Source of the DNA: an uncultured Candidatus Saccharibacteria bacterium
Lineage (GTDB): Bacteria > Patescibacteriota > Minisyncoccia > UBA6257 > WO2-44-18
Assembly: GCA_964637575.1 (NCBI GenBank)
Contig: CAZWVU010000003.1
Location: 65,586 to 129,585, forward strand
Length of the DNA: 64,000 bases
Direction of reading: 5' to 3'
Numbering within the stretch: the stretch's first letter is position 1; the number at the start of each line of letters is the position of its first letter. The notes under the pieces are model-generated. The model searched no databases, was not told where the DNA came from, and was given only the letters and a program-made list of their open reading frames with translations. The position numbers were made by a program, and so were the translations under genes. This document shows, in pieces, positions 47,101-57,549 of the stretch.

Positions 47101-49573
47101 CAATTCCGGCGACTTTGTCGCCGGGTTCCAGCGTCATGACGCGCACGCCCTGGGTGGCGCGGCTGGCGAGGCGGATCGTGGCGAGCTTGGTGCGGATGAT
47201 CTGTCCTTTCGCGGAGAGGGCGAGCACTTCCTCCTCGGCATCCACCACCGACGCGGCGACGAGTATGCCGGTCTTGGAGGTGATCGCGGCCGTCTTGATG
47301 CCGGATCCGCCGCGGCCCTGGACTTTATATTGCGTGAGCGGCGTCTGCTTGCCGTAGCCATTGGCCATCACGACGAGAAGCCGGGCATTTTTCAATCCTT
47401 TCGGGATCAGATCCATTGACGCCACCTGGTCCTTACCCTTGAGACGGATGGCGCGGACACCCGCGGCGGTGCGGCCCATGGTGCGGACTTTGCCTTCCTG
47501 AAAACGGATGGACTGGCCCTGCTCAGTGGTCACGATGATGTCGTCGCCGCCGGATGAGAGCCGCACCCAGTTCAACTGGTCGCCCTTCTTGAGGCCGATG
47601 GCGATGATGCCGTTGCGGCGGACGTTGCCGAAATCTTTGAGCGAGGTCTTTTTCACAAGGCCGTTTCTGGTGACCATCGTCAGATTGCCGTCGCTCGCTT
47701 TTTCATAGGTGATCATGGCGCTGATCTTTTCCTCAGTCGGGACTTCCAGGAAATTATGGATCGGCTTGCCTTTGGATGTGCGGGTGCCGGCGGGAATTTC
47801 GTAGACCTTCGTCTGGAAAACCCGGCCGCGGTCGGTGAAGAAGAGGACGTTGTCGTGCGTGTTGGCCGCCATGAAGTGCATCAGGAAATCATCCTCGTTG
47901 ACGTCGGAACCGATCAGGCCTTTGCCGCCGCGGCCCTGGGTCTTGAACGACGCCGGCGGGACGCGCTTGATGTAGCCGCCCTGCGACAACGTAATAATTG
48001 TTTCTTCCTGCGGGATCAGGTCTTCTTCCCTGAACTCACCGAGGCCGCTGGCCACGACTTTCGTGCGCCGTTCGCTCTTGAACTTCTCTTTCAGACCGGC
48101 AACCTCGTCCTTGATCACTTTCAAAATCTTGGCCGGGCTTTTGAGAAGCGCCGTCAACTCGGCGATAATCTGCTGTTTTTCCTTCAGTTCGTTTTCTATC
48201 TTTTCTCTCTCTAAATTCGCGAGCGTTTGAAGCTTCATTTCCAGAATCGCCTCGGTCTGGCGTTCGGAGAACTTGAAGTTCTTGATCAAATTCTGCTTGG
48301 CGTCGTCTCGGTCCTTGGACTTCTTAATCGTCGCGATCACCTTGTCTATAATGGAAAGCGCCTTGGAGAGGCCCATCAGGATGTGGGCGCGCTCTTCGGC
48401 TTTCTTGAGATCATACTGGGCGCGGCGGCGGACGATCTCGTTGCGGTGTTCCAGATACGCTTCCAGCACGTCCTTGATGGACATGACCTCCGGCTGGAGG
48501 CCGTTCCGGAGCGCGATCATATTCATGTTGAAATTCTTCTGGAGATCCGTGTATTGATAGAGCTGGTTGAGTACTTTCTGAGGCGTGGCAGTGGATTTGA
48601 GTTCGATGATGATGCTGATGCCGTTTTTGTCGGATTCATCTCGGACGTCGCGGATGCCTTCGATTTTCTTGTCAGTCACGAGTTCCGCGATTTTGATGAT
48701 CAGTTCGGACTTGTTGACCTGGTAGGGGATTTCGCTGATTTCAATATAATACTCCTCCTTGGAAGCGCCTTTTTTCTCCTTGATCTCGGCAAGGCCGCGG
48801 GTGGTGATGGTGCCATGGCCGGAGACGTAGGCCTCCACGATGGCTTTCTTGTCATAAATGATGCCGCCGGTCGGGAAATCCGGGCCTTTCACGAATTCCA
48901 TGAGGTCGTGCGTGGTGGCCTTCGGATTGTCGGCGAGATGAAGGATCGCGTCGGCGACTTCGCCGAGGTTGTGCGGCGGGATGCTGGTGGCCATGCCGAC
49001 GGCGATGCCGACAGCGCCGTTCAAAAGCAGGTTGGGGAGTTTGGCCGGCATGACGCGCGGCTCCTGGCGGGTGCCGTCGTAGTTGGGGATCCAGTTTACT
49101 GTTTCCTTATCAATATCTTCCAGCAGTTCCTCGGCGATCTTGGCGAGGCGGGCTTCGGTGTAGCGGTAGGCGGCGGCGGAGTCGCCGTCAATGGAGCCGA
49201 AGTTTCCCTGGCCTTCCACGAGGGGATAGCGGAGCGAAAAATCCTGCGCCATGCGGACGAGGGCGTCATAGACGGCCATGTCGCCGTGCGGATGGTATTT
49301 GCCGAGCACGTCGCCGATGACGGTGGCGGCTTTGCGGAATTTGGCGCCGTGGGTGAGCCCGGCTTCCCACATCGTCCAGAGGATGCGGCGGTGCACCGGC
49401 TTCATGCCGTCGCGCACGTCCGGCAGGGCGCGGCTGACGATGACCGACATCGCGTAATCCAGATACGACTCCTGAAGTTCCGTGCCGATCTCGCGGTCTT
49501 CAACATTCGCCCGCGGTATTACCGCCTTTTCTTCGCCCTCGTTCTTCTTATTTTCTTCTTTCTTTTTTGCCAT
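47090..49573 (-). CDS. gyrA: DNA gyrase subunit A
   Basis: N-terminal catalytic region ([25 protein letters not shown]) and C-terminal beta-pinwheel repeats. Full length, 827 aa. Confidence 0.95.
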   Translation of the reverse strand: MAKKKEENKKNEGEEKAVIPRANVEDREIGTELQESYLDYAMSVIVSRALPDVRDGMKPVHRRILWTMWEAGLTHGAKFRKAATVIGDVLGKYHPHGDMAVYDALVRMAQDFSLRYPLVEGQGNFGSIDGDSAAAYRYTEARLAKIAEELLEDIDKETVNWIPNYDGTRQEPRVMPAKLPNLLLNGAVGIAVGMATSIPPHNLGEVADAILHLADNPKATTHDLMEFVKGPDFPTGGIIYDKKAIVEAYVSGHGTITTRGLAEIKEKKGASKEEYYIEISEIPYQVNKSELIIKIAELVTDKKIEGIRDVRDESDKNGISIIIELKSTATPQKVLNQLYQYTDLQKNFNMNMIALRNGLQPEVMSIKDVLEAYLEHRNEIVRRRAQYDLKKAEERAHILMGLSKALSIIDKVIATIKKSKDRDDAKQNLIKNFKFSERQTEAILEMKLQTLANLEREKIENELKEKQQIIAELTALLKSPAKILKVIKDEVAGLKEKFKSERRTKVVASGLGEFREEDLIPQEETIITLSQGGYIKRVPPASFKTQGRGGKGLIGSDVNEDDFLMHFMAANTHDNVLFFTDRGRVFQTKVYEIPAGTRTSKGKPIHNFLEVPTEEKISAMITYEKASDGNLTMVTRNGLVKKTSLKDFGNVRRNGIIAIGLKKGDQLNWVRLSSGGDDIIVTTEQGQSIRFQEGKVRTMGRTAAGVRAIRLKGKDQVASMDLIPKGLKNARLLVVMANGYGKQTPLTQYKVQGRGGSGIKTAAITSKTGILVAASVVDAEEEVLALSAKGQIIRTKLATIRLASRATQGVRVMTLEPGDKVAGIVTL

Positions 49574-49575
49574 GG

Positions 49576-49938
49576 TTACCTTAATTTCGTCGGGGGAATT
49601 GCCGGCAATCCCTCCAGTGTAAAGTTCTGGTCCTGATTCTCAATCACGATGTCGTTATGTTCGGCGACTTTGCTCGCGACCACCCCCTGCACTTTGTCGG
49701 CGATGATTTTCAAACCGGCGGCGAAGACCGAGAAAAATCCCGGCGTCTGGGGCTGGGCGTTGGCGGCCACTTCTCCCGTATCCGCCTGCGCCGTCTGGGC
49801 AAGCGAGGGGATAGTAACGCGCACGTAGACCGTCCAGAGTCCGACGACGACGATCATGGAAACCGCGCTGAAAGCCGCCAGCCAGAGTTTTTTGGTGCGC
49901 TCGTCGGAGTTTTGAATTTTGGCGATAAAGGTTCTCAT
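49576..49938 (-). CDS. Membrane-anchored hypothetical protein (120 aa), co-oriented with gyrA
   Basis: Single TM helix. Stop lies 2 nt from the gyrA start. Confidence 0.45.
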   Translation of the reverse strand: MRTFIAKIQNSDERTKKLWLAAFSAVSMIVVVGLWTVYVRVTIPSLAQTAQADTGEVAANAQPQTPGFFSVFAAGLKIIADKVQGVVASKVAEHNDIVIENQDQNFTLEGLPAIPPTKLR

Positions 49939-50193
49939 TTACCCCGTTAGATAGTTTTTTAACCGATTCTTTATATATCGTTTACCCCAAGCAGTTTTCA
50001 GATATTTTTCGCGATGGGTAGCGTCCTGCTGATGGCCAGACGCTTCATAATATACCAGTTTGACGGGTAAACGATCTTTCGTTGAAGCGACCTTACCTTC
50101 GTTATGAAGTTTTAATCTGTTGTTAAGGTCGCTGGTATAACCAGTGTAGAATTGACCATCTTTCTTACTTTGCAAGATATACGTGTAATACAT
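49939..50193 (-). CDS. GIY-YIG nuclease-superfamily small protein (UPF0213/YhbQ-like)
   Basis: N-terminal YYTYILQS...GQFYTGYTSDLNNRLKLHN is the GIY-YIG motif. AT-rich (about 38% GC) compared with its neighbours. Confidence 0.7.
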   Translation of the reverse strand: MYYTYILQSKKDGQFYTGYTSDLNNRLKLHNEGKVASTKDRLPVKLVYYEASGHQQDATHREKYLKTAWGKRYIKNRLKNYLTG

Positions 50194-50212
50194 TGTATCT
50201 AACGGGGTGAAC

Positions 50213-50758
50213 TTATGCTTTTAATACCACCACTTTCATTCCCGGTGTAATATCTTTTTTCTTGATGACCAGTTTTTCCTCCGGTTCGGCTTTCTTCTCT
50301 ACTTCCTTCAAAAACGCCGCCACCTCCGCCGGCTTTATATATGAAGGGATGACGATCTTGGGCTGGATCTGCTTGATCACTTTGGCGCTGATGCCCGCCG
50401 GCGCGAAGAGAATGTCCACTTCGCCGAGCTTGTCCAAAAGCCCCGGCTCCATCTCCTGCATCGCCTCGCCCATAAACACCAGCCGCATCTCCTCGGTTTT
50501 TACCAAGTAAGTTGTGGCCAGCCCGCCTGAGGCGGGAAATCCCCCCATTTCCACTTCGGAAATTTCATATTCGCCCGGTCCGTAAATATGCCCCGCTTCC
50601 GGCGGCCACGTCTTTAGTACGGAGTTCTTAGTTCCAAGTTCTAAGTTCTGCGTATGCAGGGTTATGTCGCCTTTGAAACGCGGCAGGGGATCAGTGATGA
50701 TACTCACTTTTCCTGATTGGATCTTAAAGCACCGCTCTCCTGCGTAGGTGATTACCAT
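50213..50758 (-). CDS. Metallo-beta-lactamase-fold hydrolase-like protein (tentative)
   Basis: Size and sequence pattern resemble short MBL-fold proteins. No clear HxHxDH motif, so confidence is low. Confidence 0.4.
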   Translation of the reverse strand: MVITYAGERCFKIQSGKVSIITDPLPRFKGDITLHTQNLELGTKNSVLKTWPPEAGHIYGPGEYEISEVEMGGFPASGGLATTYLVKTEEMRLVFMGEAMQEMEPGLLDKLGEVDILFAPAGISAKVIKQIQPKIVIPSYIKPAEVAAFLKEVEKKAEPEEKLVIKKKDITPGMKVVVLKA

Positions 50759-50840
50759 AAGAATACTTTCTATTTTACACTACTTTCTGACCAAAACAAA
50801 GTATTTATGCTACTTGAAAAACATCTGCTTAAGAGTGATA

Positions 50841-51551
50841 ATGAGCGAGAAATCAATGAATTTTACTTGCCCGTACTGTAATAGGCCAACGACAATAACC
50901 GGCCCCAATTCTTTTTCTGATTGGCGACATATCGTTATAGCAAAATCAACGCTTGGGAATGCCGGGTTATTTTCTCGAGCTATTACTTGCCCCAATAAAG
51001 AATGTAATAAGCTTTGGCTTCATATTGGGCTTTATGAGGCAGATTATGCAGGACGCCGAGTTGAATATAACCGCCTGAATCAGTGGCAGCTTTTGCCAGA
51101 ATCGGAAGCGAGGGTTTTACCAGAGTATATACCCGCACCAATACAGGAGGACTATTATGAAGCATGCAGAATCCGTGATTTAAGCCCGAAGGCATCCGCC
51201 ACACTCGCGAGACGTTGCCTACAGGGCATGATCCGTGATTTTTGGAAGATTAAAAAGGCGCGACTTAAGGAAGAAGTTGATGCGCTGGAAGAAAAAGTGG
51301 ATGCGGATACTTGGTCGAGTATAGATGCAGTCAGAAGTGTCGGTAACATTGGCGCGCACATGGAAAGAGACATTGATGTCATCGTTGCGGTTGAGCCACA
51401 AGAGGCGCAGCTACTAATTGGTCTTATCGAGCAATTGATTGACGATTGGTATGTCGCCCGAGATTCTAGGCACAAGCGCACAGAAGAATTAAAAAAGTTG
51501 GCAATGGATAAGCAAGAACAAAGAAGTGGAGCTGAAAAAAAGGAAGAATAA
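50841..51551 (+). CDS. Zinc-ribbon + DUF4145-like helical domain protein
   Basis: N-terminal CPYCN...CPNKEC zinc ribbon. C-terminal segment (ACRIRDLSPKASATLARRCLQGMIRDF...RSVGNIGAHMERD) resembles DUF4145. TATAAT overlaps the start codon, so the mRNA is probably leaderless. Confidence 0.5.
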   Translation: MSEKSMNFTCPYCNRPTTITGPNSFSDWRHIVIAKSTLGNAGLFSRAITCPNKECNKLWLHIGLYEADYAGRRVEYNRLNQWQLLPESEARVLPEYIPAPIQEDYYEACRIRDLSPKASATLARRCLQGMIRDFWKIKKARLKEEVDALEEKVDADTWSSIDAVRSVGNIGAHMERDIDVIVAVEPQEAQLLIGLIEQLIDDWYVARDSRHKRTEELKKLAMDKQEQRSGAEKKEE

Positions 51552-51555
51552 AATT

Positions 51556-51822
51556 ATGCGCACAAGTACAAAAATATTAATCGGAGTAGTTGCTTTTCTT
51601 GCAGTATTATTTGTATTTACCCGGTATGCCCCTAACTCTCCAAAAACTGATCCAGAAGCAATAAAGAAAACGCTCCAAATATTAATCAACGGCAACGACG
51701 CCAAAATACAAGAACTCCAGGATGAGATCAAGAAAACCAGAGCTTCAAGTGACTGCCTGAAGTCAGCGATTGTGTCATATAAGGACCAAGGCTTTCAGGA
51801 AATTTTAAGCAGTTGCCAATAA
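51556..51822 (+). CDS. Small signal-anchored protein (88 aa)
   Basis: AAGGAAG Shine-Dalgarno. One TM helix followed by a coiled-coil-like tail. Confidence 0.4.
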   Translation: MRTSTKILIGVVAFLAVLFVFTRYAPNSPKTDPEAIKKTLQILINGNDAKIQELQDEIKKTRASSDCLKSAIVSYKDQGFQEILSSCQ

Positions 51823-51915
51823 CTTACTCAAAGAATAAGGCATTGCACTGGTTTGGCATTAATTAAATAAAAAATCCCCCTTGCGGGTATTTTTATTTTC
51901 GGCGAAGATGGCTGG

Positions 51916-53070
51916 ATGGCCGATGAATTACCAGAGGGGCTGAAGGGAATGAAAAAAGTTAAATCATCTGACGGTGATTTTGTCGCCAAGAAAAAGCCCG
52001 GAAAAATATATGTTTCTGACTTCTCTGCAAAAGAGGGGAAGTATTTTAGCGTGATTGCGGATGAAGGAGGTGGCAAGGTTCTGCATGATAGCGCCCGACT
52101 TCAGATCCGAGCTTGTTTTATCACGAAGCTCGGACAGGTGAACGAATTGAAGATTCAACGATTTGAAAAAAAGAAAGGAGAAGTCGTTCCGGGCAGTGTA
52201 GTCGAAATACGTATTGACACCGCTAATTTAGCCGTGCTCCGCGAGTTTGTCGACTTTATCCAGCGAGCCGACCTAGCATCGGTTGCTGCCGGGCGGCTTA
52301 GTTTTGACGCCGACCTGAAGCTAGAAAAAGGATTACAGGCCAAGCTGGTGGCTCTTGCGCAGGACGAGGGCGGGAGGGCAATGCTCCTTAAACTTTTCGA
52401 AGATGGATATCTCACATCTGGCCTCGATGTTTCCGATCTTATCAAAAAAGGATTATCGCATGAGAAGCTTGAGCAAAAATTTGCCATCCTTACAAAATTT
52501 GAAAAACTAATTAAAACCCCCGATATCAGCGAGTTAAAGATTCAGGAATTTCTCACTTCGGCGCCATGGATTTTTGGTCCTGAATATACTGCTGTTGATA
52601 TTCGCGATGCCGGTTCATCCGGAGTACCGGATCGGCGCTTGAAAAGAATCGACGGGCTGAGCGATATCTTAGAGTTCAAGCTTCCGTCCGCTGAAGTTCT
52701 GAGAGCTGATAAAATGGGCAGGCAATACATTGCGCCCGCGGCGGCTGAGGCGCTCGGTCAATTAATGGCCTATCTTGAATACTATACGAGCGAATACCAG
52801 GAGCTAAAAAAAGACGTGGATGGGAAGGAGGTGCTAGAAGAGTTTCGTGGTCGTTACTACAAGCCAAAGGGAATCCTTTTAATTGGTCGGAGAAGCGCCG
52901 CTTCAGGAGTTGATGGCGTGAAGGCGACGACCGACGTTCAACCGAAGCACCTGCGGCGCATGATGTCATTCTTTCACGGCATCGAGGTTCTCACATATGA
53001 CGATTTAATTGAGCGCGCTCGGAATGGATTGGTTGCAATATCGGGCGATGGCGCATCTACGTGGGTGTAG
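51916..53070 (+). CDS. Predicted PD-(D/E)xK-superfamily nuclease; Shedu/DUF4263-like, tentative
   Basis: C-terminal region ...FGPEYTAVDIRD...RIDGLSDILEFKLP fits a D...(hydrophobic)3-E-x-K restriction-endonuclease-fold motif. N-terminal region is not assignable. Confidence 0.45.
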   Translation: MADELPEGLKGMKKVKSSDGDFVAKKKPGKIYVSDFSAKEGKYFSVIADEGGGKVLHDSARLQIRACFITKLGQVNELKIQRFEKKKGEVVPGSVVEIRIDTANLAVLREFVDFIQRADLASVAAGRLSFDADLKLEKGLQAKLVALAQDEGGRAMLLKLFEDGYLTSGLDVSDLIKKGLSHEKLEQKFAILTKFEKLIKTPDISELKIQEFLTSAPWIFGPEYTAVDIRDAGSSGVPDRRLKRIDGLSDILEFKLPSAEVLRADKMGRQYIAPAAAEALGQLMAYLEYYTSEYQELKKDVDGKEVLEEFRGRYYKPKGILLIGRRSAASGVDGVKATTDVQPKHLRRMMSFFHGIEVLTYDDLIERARNGLVAISGDGASTWV

Positions 53071-53192
53071 TTTTGACTTCCTATTCACCTTTTGCTACTA
53101 TTGAACGCAAGTTGTTTCTCGCGGGAGAACTCCAATTATAAACCAATCGGCTTCGCGCGCTGCGCGGGCCAACAAATAAATTACTTATCCGG

Positions 53193-54284
53193 ATGACGAC
53201 TCCAGTTAATAAGACGAATTCACAGCTTGGGAATATTTTAAAAGCCGGCACCAATCTGGTTACGATCCTCAAGCAGGGTGACCTGGTGGAAGCGAAATTA
53301 ATGAAGCGCGCGCAGAAAGCGGTGTATTTTGATCTCGGCGCGCTCGGCACCGGCGTGGTCTACGGCTACGAACTGATGAACGCGCAGGACGCGCTCAAAG
53401 ATCTCAAGATCGGCGACAGCACGACGGTCAAAGTCGTGGATCCGGAAAATGCCGACGGCTACGTGGAACTTTCGCTCCGCGAAGTGGGCAAGCAGAAGGC
53501 CTGGCAGGAGGTGAAAGAGCTGAAGGAAAAAGGCGAGGTCATTTCCATTAAAGTGGGCGGCGCCAACAGCGGCGGCCTGATGACCGAGGTGAATAATCTG
53601 AAAGCGTTCCTGCCGATCTCCCAGCTTTCCAGCTCGCATTTCCCGAAAGTGGATGACGGCAACAAGGACAAGATCACCGAAGAACTCAAGAAGCTCATCG
53701 GCACGGAATTGAAAGTGAAGATCATTGACGTCAATCCGCGCAACTACAAGCTGATCCTCTCCGAGCGCGAGAGCGTGAGCGAGAACGTCAAGGAATTGCT
53801 CACCAAATACAAGGCGGGCGACGTCGTGGACGGCACGATCTCCGGCGTGGCTGATTTCGGCGCCTTCTTCCAGTTTGCCGACAACCCGGCGATTGAAGGC
53901 CTCATCCACATTTCCGAGTTGAGCCACAAGCTTATTGAGAATCCGAAGGATGTGGTGAAAGTCGGCGACGCGGTGAAGGCGAAGATCACCGAGATCAAGG
54001 ACGGCCGCGTGTCGCTTTCGTTGAAAGCGCTCCAGCCGAACCCGTGGGATACGGTGGAATCGCGCTACAAGGCGGGCGAGACCTACAAGGGAACCGTGCT
54101 CCGCTACAATCCGTTCGGCGCCTTCATCGGCCTTGATTCCGAGATCCAGGGATTGATCCACGTTTCCGAATTTGGCGGCATTGAAGAGATGAAAAAGGCG
54201 ATAGAAGTCGGCAAGCAGTACAACTTCACGATTGACTCCATCAAACCGGCGGAGAAGCGCATCATTCTCAAAATGAAGAAATAA
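53193..54284 (+). CDS. rpsA: 30S ribosomal protein S1 (four S1 domains, short form)
   Basis: Four repeated S1/OB motifs (G.V.G.V..I..FGAFV...). Confidence 0.75.
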   Translation: MTTPVNKTNSQLGNILKAGTNLVTILKQGDLVEAKLMKRAQKAVYFDLGALGTGVVYGYELMNAQDALKDLKIGDSTTVKVVDPENADGYVELSLREVGKQKAWQEVKELKEKGEVISIKVGGANSGGLMTEVNNLKAFLPISQLSSSHFPKVDDGNKDKITEELKKLIGTELKVKIIDVNPRNYKLILSERESVSENVKELLTKYKAGDVVDGTISGVADFGAFFQFADNPAIEGLIHISELSHKLIENPKDVVKVGDAVKAKITEIKDGRVSLSLKALQPNPWDTVESRYKAGETYKGTVLRYNPFGAFIGLDSEIQGLIHVSEFGGIEEMKKAIEVGKQYNFTIDSIKPAEKRIILKMKK

Positions 54285-54300
54285 AGGTATACTCAAAACC

Positions 54301-54567
54301 ATGCTAACTTCCAGAAAGAAAAAAACAGTTATCAAAGAACACGGCGTACATGAAACCGATACCGGCTCGGCGGCGGTTCAGATCGGTTTGCTGTCCAAGC
54401 AGATCGAGGAACTGACTGGCCATCTCAAGAAGCACCAGAAGGATAACCACTCCCGCCGCGGATTGCTTAAGATGGTCGGCAAGCGCCGCCGCCTGCTGGT
54501 CTATCTCGAGAAGACCGACAACAAGACCTACAACTCGCTCGTCAAGAAACTCGGGCTGAAAAAGTAG
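54301..54567 (+). CDS. rpsO: 30S ribosomal protein S15
   Basis: Characteristic S15 sequence ([36 protein letters not shown]). Confidence 0.9.
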   Translation: MLTSRKKKTVIKEHGVHETDTGSAAVQIGLLSKQIEELTGHLKKHQKDNHSRRGLLKMVGKRRRLLVYLEKTDNKTYNSLVKKLGLKK

Positions 54568-54617
54568 CCCCGCCGGTACAATATAGGGTTATTGTGACGC
54601 TTAATAACTAACACATC

Positions 54618-55178
54618 ATGATAAAAAACAAAGAACAGAGAGTCGGAATCTTCATTGATGTCCAGAATCTCTATCACTCCGCCAAAAATTTATACAAGGC
54701 CAGGGTGAATTTTAAGGAACTCGTAAAATCACTGACCGGCGGGCGCAAGCTCATCCGCGCCATCGCCTACGTCGTGAAGACCGAAGCCACCGAAGGAGAG
54801 TCGGCTTTTTTTGACGCGCTCAAACAGGCGGGCATCGAACTCCGGATCAAGGACATCCAGATCTATCCGGGCGGCGCAAAAAAAGCGGACTGGGACGTCG
54901 GCATGGCGGTGGACGCCATCCGCATGTCTGGGTTTCTCGATGTGATTGTGCTGGTGACGGGGGACGGCGACTTCCTGCCGCTGGTGGATTATCTGAAGTG
55001 GGGCGCCGGCCGGGTGGTAGAAGTGGCGGCCTTCAGCCGGACAACCAAGACCGAGATGAAATCGCAGGGTGATGAATTCATCCCGATAGAAGATATCCGC
55101 GGCGCCCTCATCCGGGGAGCGATCGGCCGGATGAACAGCCGCCGGGCGGGTAATCAGGAAAGCGCCGACAACGAATAA
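54618..55178 (+). CDS. NYN-domain (LabA/DUF88-like, PIN-like) protein
   Basis: VGIFIDVQNLYHSAK...LVTGDGDFLPLV matches the acidic NYN catalytic core. Confidence 0.6.
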   Translation: MIKNKEQRVGIFIDVQNLYHSAKNLYKARVNFKELVKSLTGGRKLIRAIAYVVKTEATEGESAFFDALKQAGIELRIKDIQIYPGGAKKADWDVGMAVDAIRMSGFLDVIVLVTGDGDFLPLVDYLKWGAGRVVEVAAFSRTTKTEMKSQGDEFIPIEDIRGALIRGAIGRMNSRRAGNQESADNE

Positions 55179-55185
55179 CACAAAT

Positions 55186-57309
55186 ATGGAACTCAACAAA
55201 AAACAATTTAAAATGGATTTTCACGGCCGGCCGCTGACGCTGGAAGTGTCGCGCCTTGCCGAGCAGGCCAATGCCGCGGTGATCGGCCGCTACGGCGACA
55301 CGGTGGTGATGACGACGGTGGTGATGGGCGACACGGAGCGCGACATCGATTATTTCCCGCTCACCGTGGATTACGAGGAGCGTTTTTATTCCGTCGGCAA
55401 AATTCTCGGCAGCCGGTTCCTGCGCCGCGAGGGCCGGCCGGCGACGGAGGCGATTCTCGCGGGTCGCGTTATCGACCGCTCCATCCGTCCGCTGTTTGAC
55501 CACCGCCTGCGCCGCGACGTGCAGGTGATCGTTACCGTGCTCCAGCTCGATGATGAAAATACCCAGGATTTCATCACGCTTCTGACGACCTCGGCGGCGC
55601 TCGCCATTTCCAATATTCCGTGGAACGGCCCGGTGGCCGGGATGTCGCTGTCGCACGACGGCAAGGCGCTCATGCTAAACCCGACCAACTCCCAGCTCGC
55701 GAAGGCCGAAGCCGCGGAGGGCGGTTTCAGGAGTTTTGTCGCCGGGACGAAAGACCGGATCAACATGATCGAACTCGAAGGCGTGGACACGCAGGAAGGC
55801 GAAGTGGCCAAGGCCTACGACCTGGCCCAGAAAGAAATCGCCAAGCTGGTGGAATGGCAGCAGGAGATCGTCAAAGAAGCAGGCAAGCCGAAAGCCACCG
55901 TGCACCTCGCGGAGATGGATCAGACGCTCGTGAAAATGGTGCGCGATTTTCTCAAGGACAAGCTTGAAGGCGCGATGTTCGTGAAACAGAAACAGGAAAT
56001 GGAGAAGAAGATGGCGGAACTGCGCGGGGCGCTCCAGGGGCATCTTGTCACCGCCGGCCTCGGCGACGCGAAGCAGATCGCGGAAGCGATGCATATTTTG
56101 GACGAGGAAACCAATGAACTGGTGCACGAAAAAGTCCTGCGTGAGCAGAAGCGGCCGGACGGCCGCAAGCTCGACGAGATCCGCGATCTCCACGCCGAAG
56201 TGGGCGTACTCAACCGCGCGCACGGTTCAGCGGTGTTCATCCGCGGCAACACGCAGGCGCTTGCGGTGACGACCATCGCCCCGCCGGGATCGGAACAACT
56301 GGTGGAAGGCGTGACCTTCTCCGGCAAAAAGCGTTTCATGCTCCATTATAATTTCCATCCGTACTCCACCGGTGAGACGGGGAGAGTGGGAAGCCCGGGA
56401 CGGCGCGAGATCGGCCATGGCGCGCTTGCCGAAAAAGCGGTGCAGAGTCTGATCCCGCCGCAGTCTGAATTTCCCTATACAATCCGCGTGGTCTCCGAAA
56501 TCCTTTCGTCCAACGGTTCATCTTCCATGGCCACCGTGTGCGGTTCGTGCCTTTCGTTGATGGACGCCGGCGTGCCGATCAAAAAACTCGCCGCGGGCAT
56601 CGCGATGGGCCTGATGACGGGAAAGAACGGCGAGTATAAAGTGCTCACCGATATCCAGGGTCCGGAGGATCACCACGGCGACATGGATTTCAAAGTGGCG
56701 GGAACGCATGACGGCATCCGCGCGATCCAGATGGACGTGAAAATTGACGGCCTCACCAACGCGATGCTCAAGGACGCGCTCGCCCAGGCGAAGAAGGCGC
56801 GCCAGGAAATTCTGAAAGTGATGGAGAAAACCATTTCCAAACCGCGCGCCGAGCTGTCTCCGTTCGCGCCGCGGGTGCTGACAATGAAAGTGAATCCGGA
56901 AAAGATCGGCGAGATTATCGGTCCCGGCGGCAAGACGATCAACGGCATCATCGAGCGGACCGGTGCGCTTACTATAGATATAGAACAGACCGGTGAAGTC
57001 TTTATTGCCGGCGCCACCAAAGAAACCGCCGAAGCCGCGTACAAAGAAGTGGAGAGCATCGTCAAGGAGTATCACATCGGGGATATTGTGGAAGGGCCGA
57101 TCGTGAAAATTCTGGAATTCGGCGCGATTGTGCAATTCGCTCCGGGGCGCGACGGGATGATCCACGTTTCCGAGCTTAAGCAGGGATTCGTGAAAAAGGT
57201 GGAGGATGTGGTGAAGCTGGGCGATGTTGTCCGCGTCAAGATTATCAAAGCCGATCCCGACGGCCGTATCGGCCTTTCCCTGAAGGCCATGAACGAGGGG
57301 AGCAAATAG
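55186..57309 (+). CDS. pnp: Polyribonucleotide nucleotidyltransferase (PNPase)
   Basis: Two RNase PH domains, then a KH domain (GPGGKTINGI) and an S1 domain at the C-terminus. Confidence 0.9.
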   Translation: MELNKKQFKMDFHGRPLTLEVSRLAEQANAAVIGRYGDTVVMTTVVMGDTERDIDYFPLTVDYEERFYSVGKILGSRFLRREGRPATEAILAGRVIDRSIRPLFDHRLRRDVQVIVTVLQLDDENTQDFITLLTTSAALAISNIPWNGPVAGMSLSHDGKALMLNPTNSQLAKAEAAEGGFRSFVAGTKDRINMIELEGVDTQEGEVAKAYDLAQKEIAKLVEWQQEIVKEAGKPKATVHLAEMDQTLVKMVRDFLKDKLEGAMFVKQKQEMEKKMAELRGALQGHLVTAGLGDAKQIAEAMHILDEETNELVHEKVLREQKRPDGRKLDEIRDLHAEVGVLNRAHGSAVFIRGNTQALAVTTIAPPGSEQLVEGVTFSGKKRFMLHYNFHPYSTGETGRVGSPGRREIGHGALAEKAVQSLIPPQSEFPYTIRVVSEILSSNGSSSMATVCGSCLSLMDAGVPIKKLAAGIAMGLMTGKNGEYKVLTDIQGPEDHHGDMDFKVAGTHDGIRAIQMDVKIDGLTNAMLKDALAQAKKARQEILKVMEKTISKPRAELSPFAPRVLTMKVNPEKIGEIIGPGGKTINGIIERTGALTIDIEQTGEVFIAGATKETAEAAYKEVESIVKEYHIGDIVEGPIVKILEFGAIVQFAPGRDGMIHVSELKQGFVKKVEDVVKLGDVVRVKIIKADPDGRIGLSLKAMNEGSK

Positions 57310-57383
57310 CCAATCCCAGCGAGGTTATCCATGCGGAAGCCGGATTGCTTCTCGGGAACGTCCCGCAGATATATATAAAAAAA

Positions 57384-57444
57384 CGAACCCTCCTTCCCGC
57401 AGACAGGATTGAAGCCCGACGTCCTGTCGAGGAGAAGGAGGGTT
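57384..57444. repeat. 63-nt structured intergenic repeat, copy 2
   Basis: 60 of 63 positions identical to 9138-9200. On the minus strand the hairpin is followed by a T-run. Confidence 0.6.
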
Positions 57445-57500
57445 TGTAAAAAGTTATTCTGTTTCCCAAAAGCAGTCTGGCTGACCGAGTGCCAAGTTAT

Positions 57501-57541
57501 GCACAGAACCGCCGATCAACGGCGGTTCTGTGCGTTATAAT
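57501..57541 (+). promoter_or_regulatory. 14-bp perfect palindrome (gcacagaaccgccg ATCAA cggcggttctgtgc) abutting a TATAAT -10 box
   Basis: Palindrome at 57501-57533. TATAAT at 57536-57541, 8 nt before the ATG at 57550, so the transcript is near-leaderless. Confidence 0.4.
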
Positions 57542-57549
57542 GAACCTAG

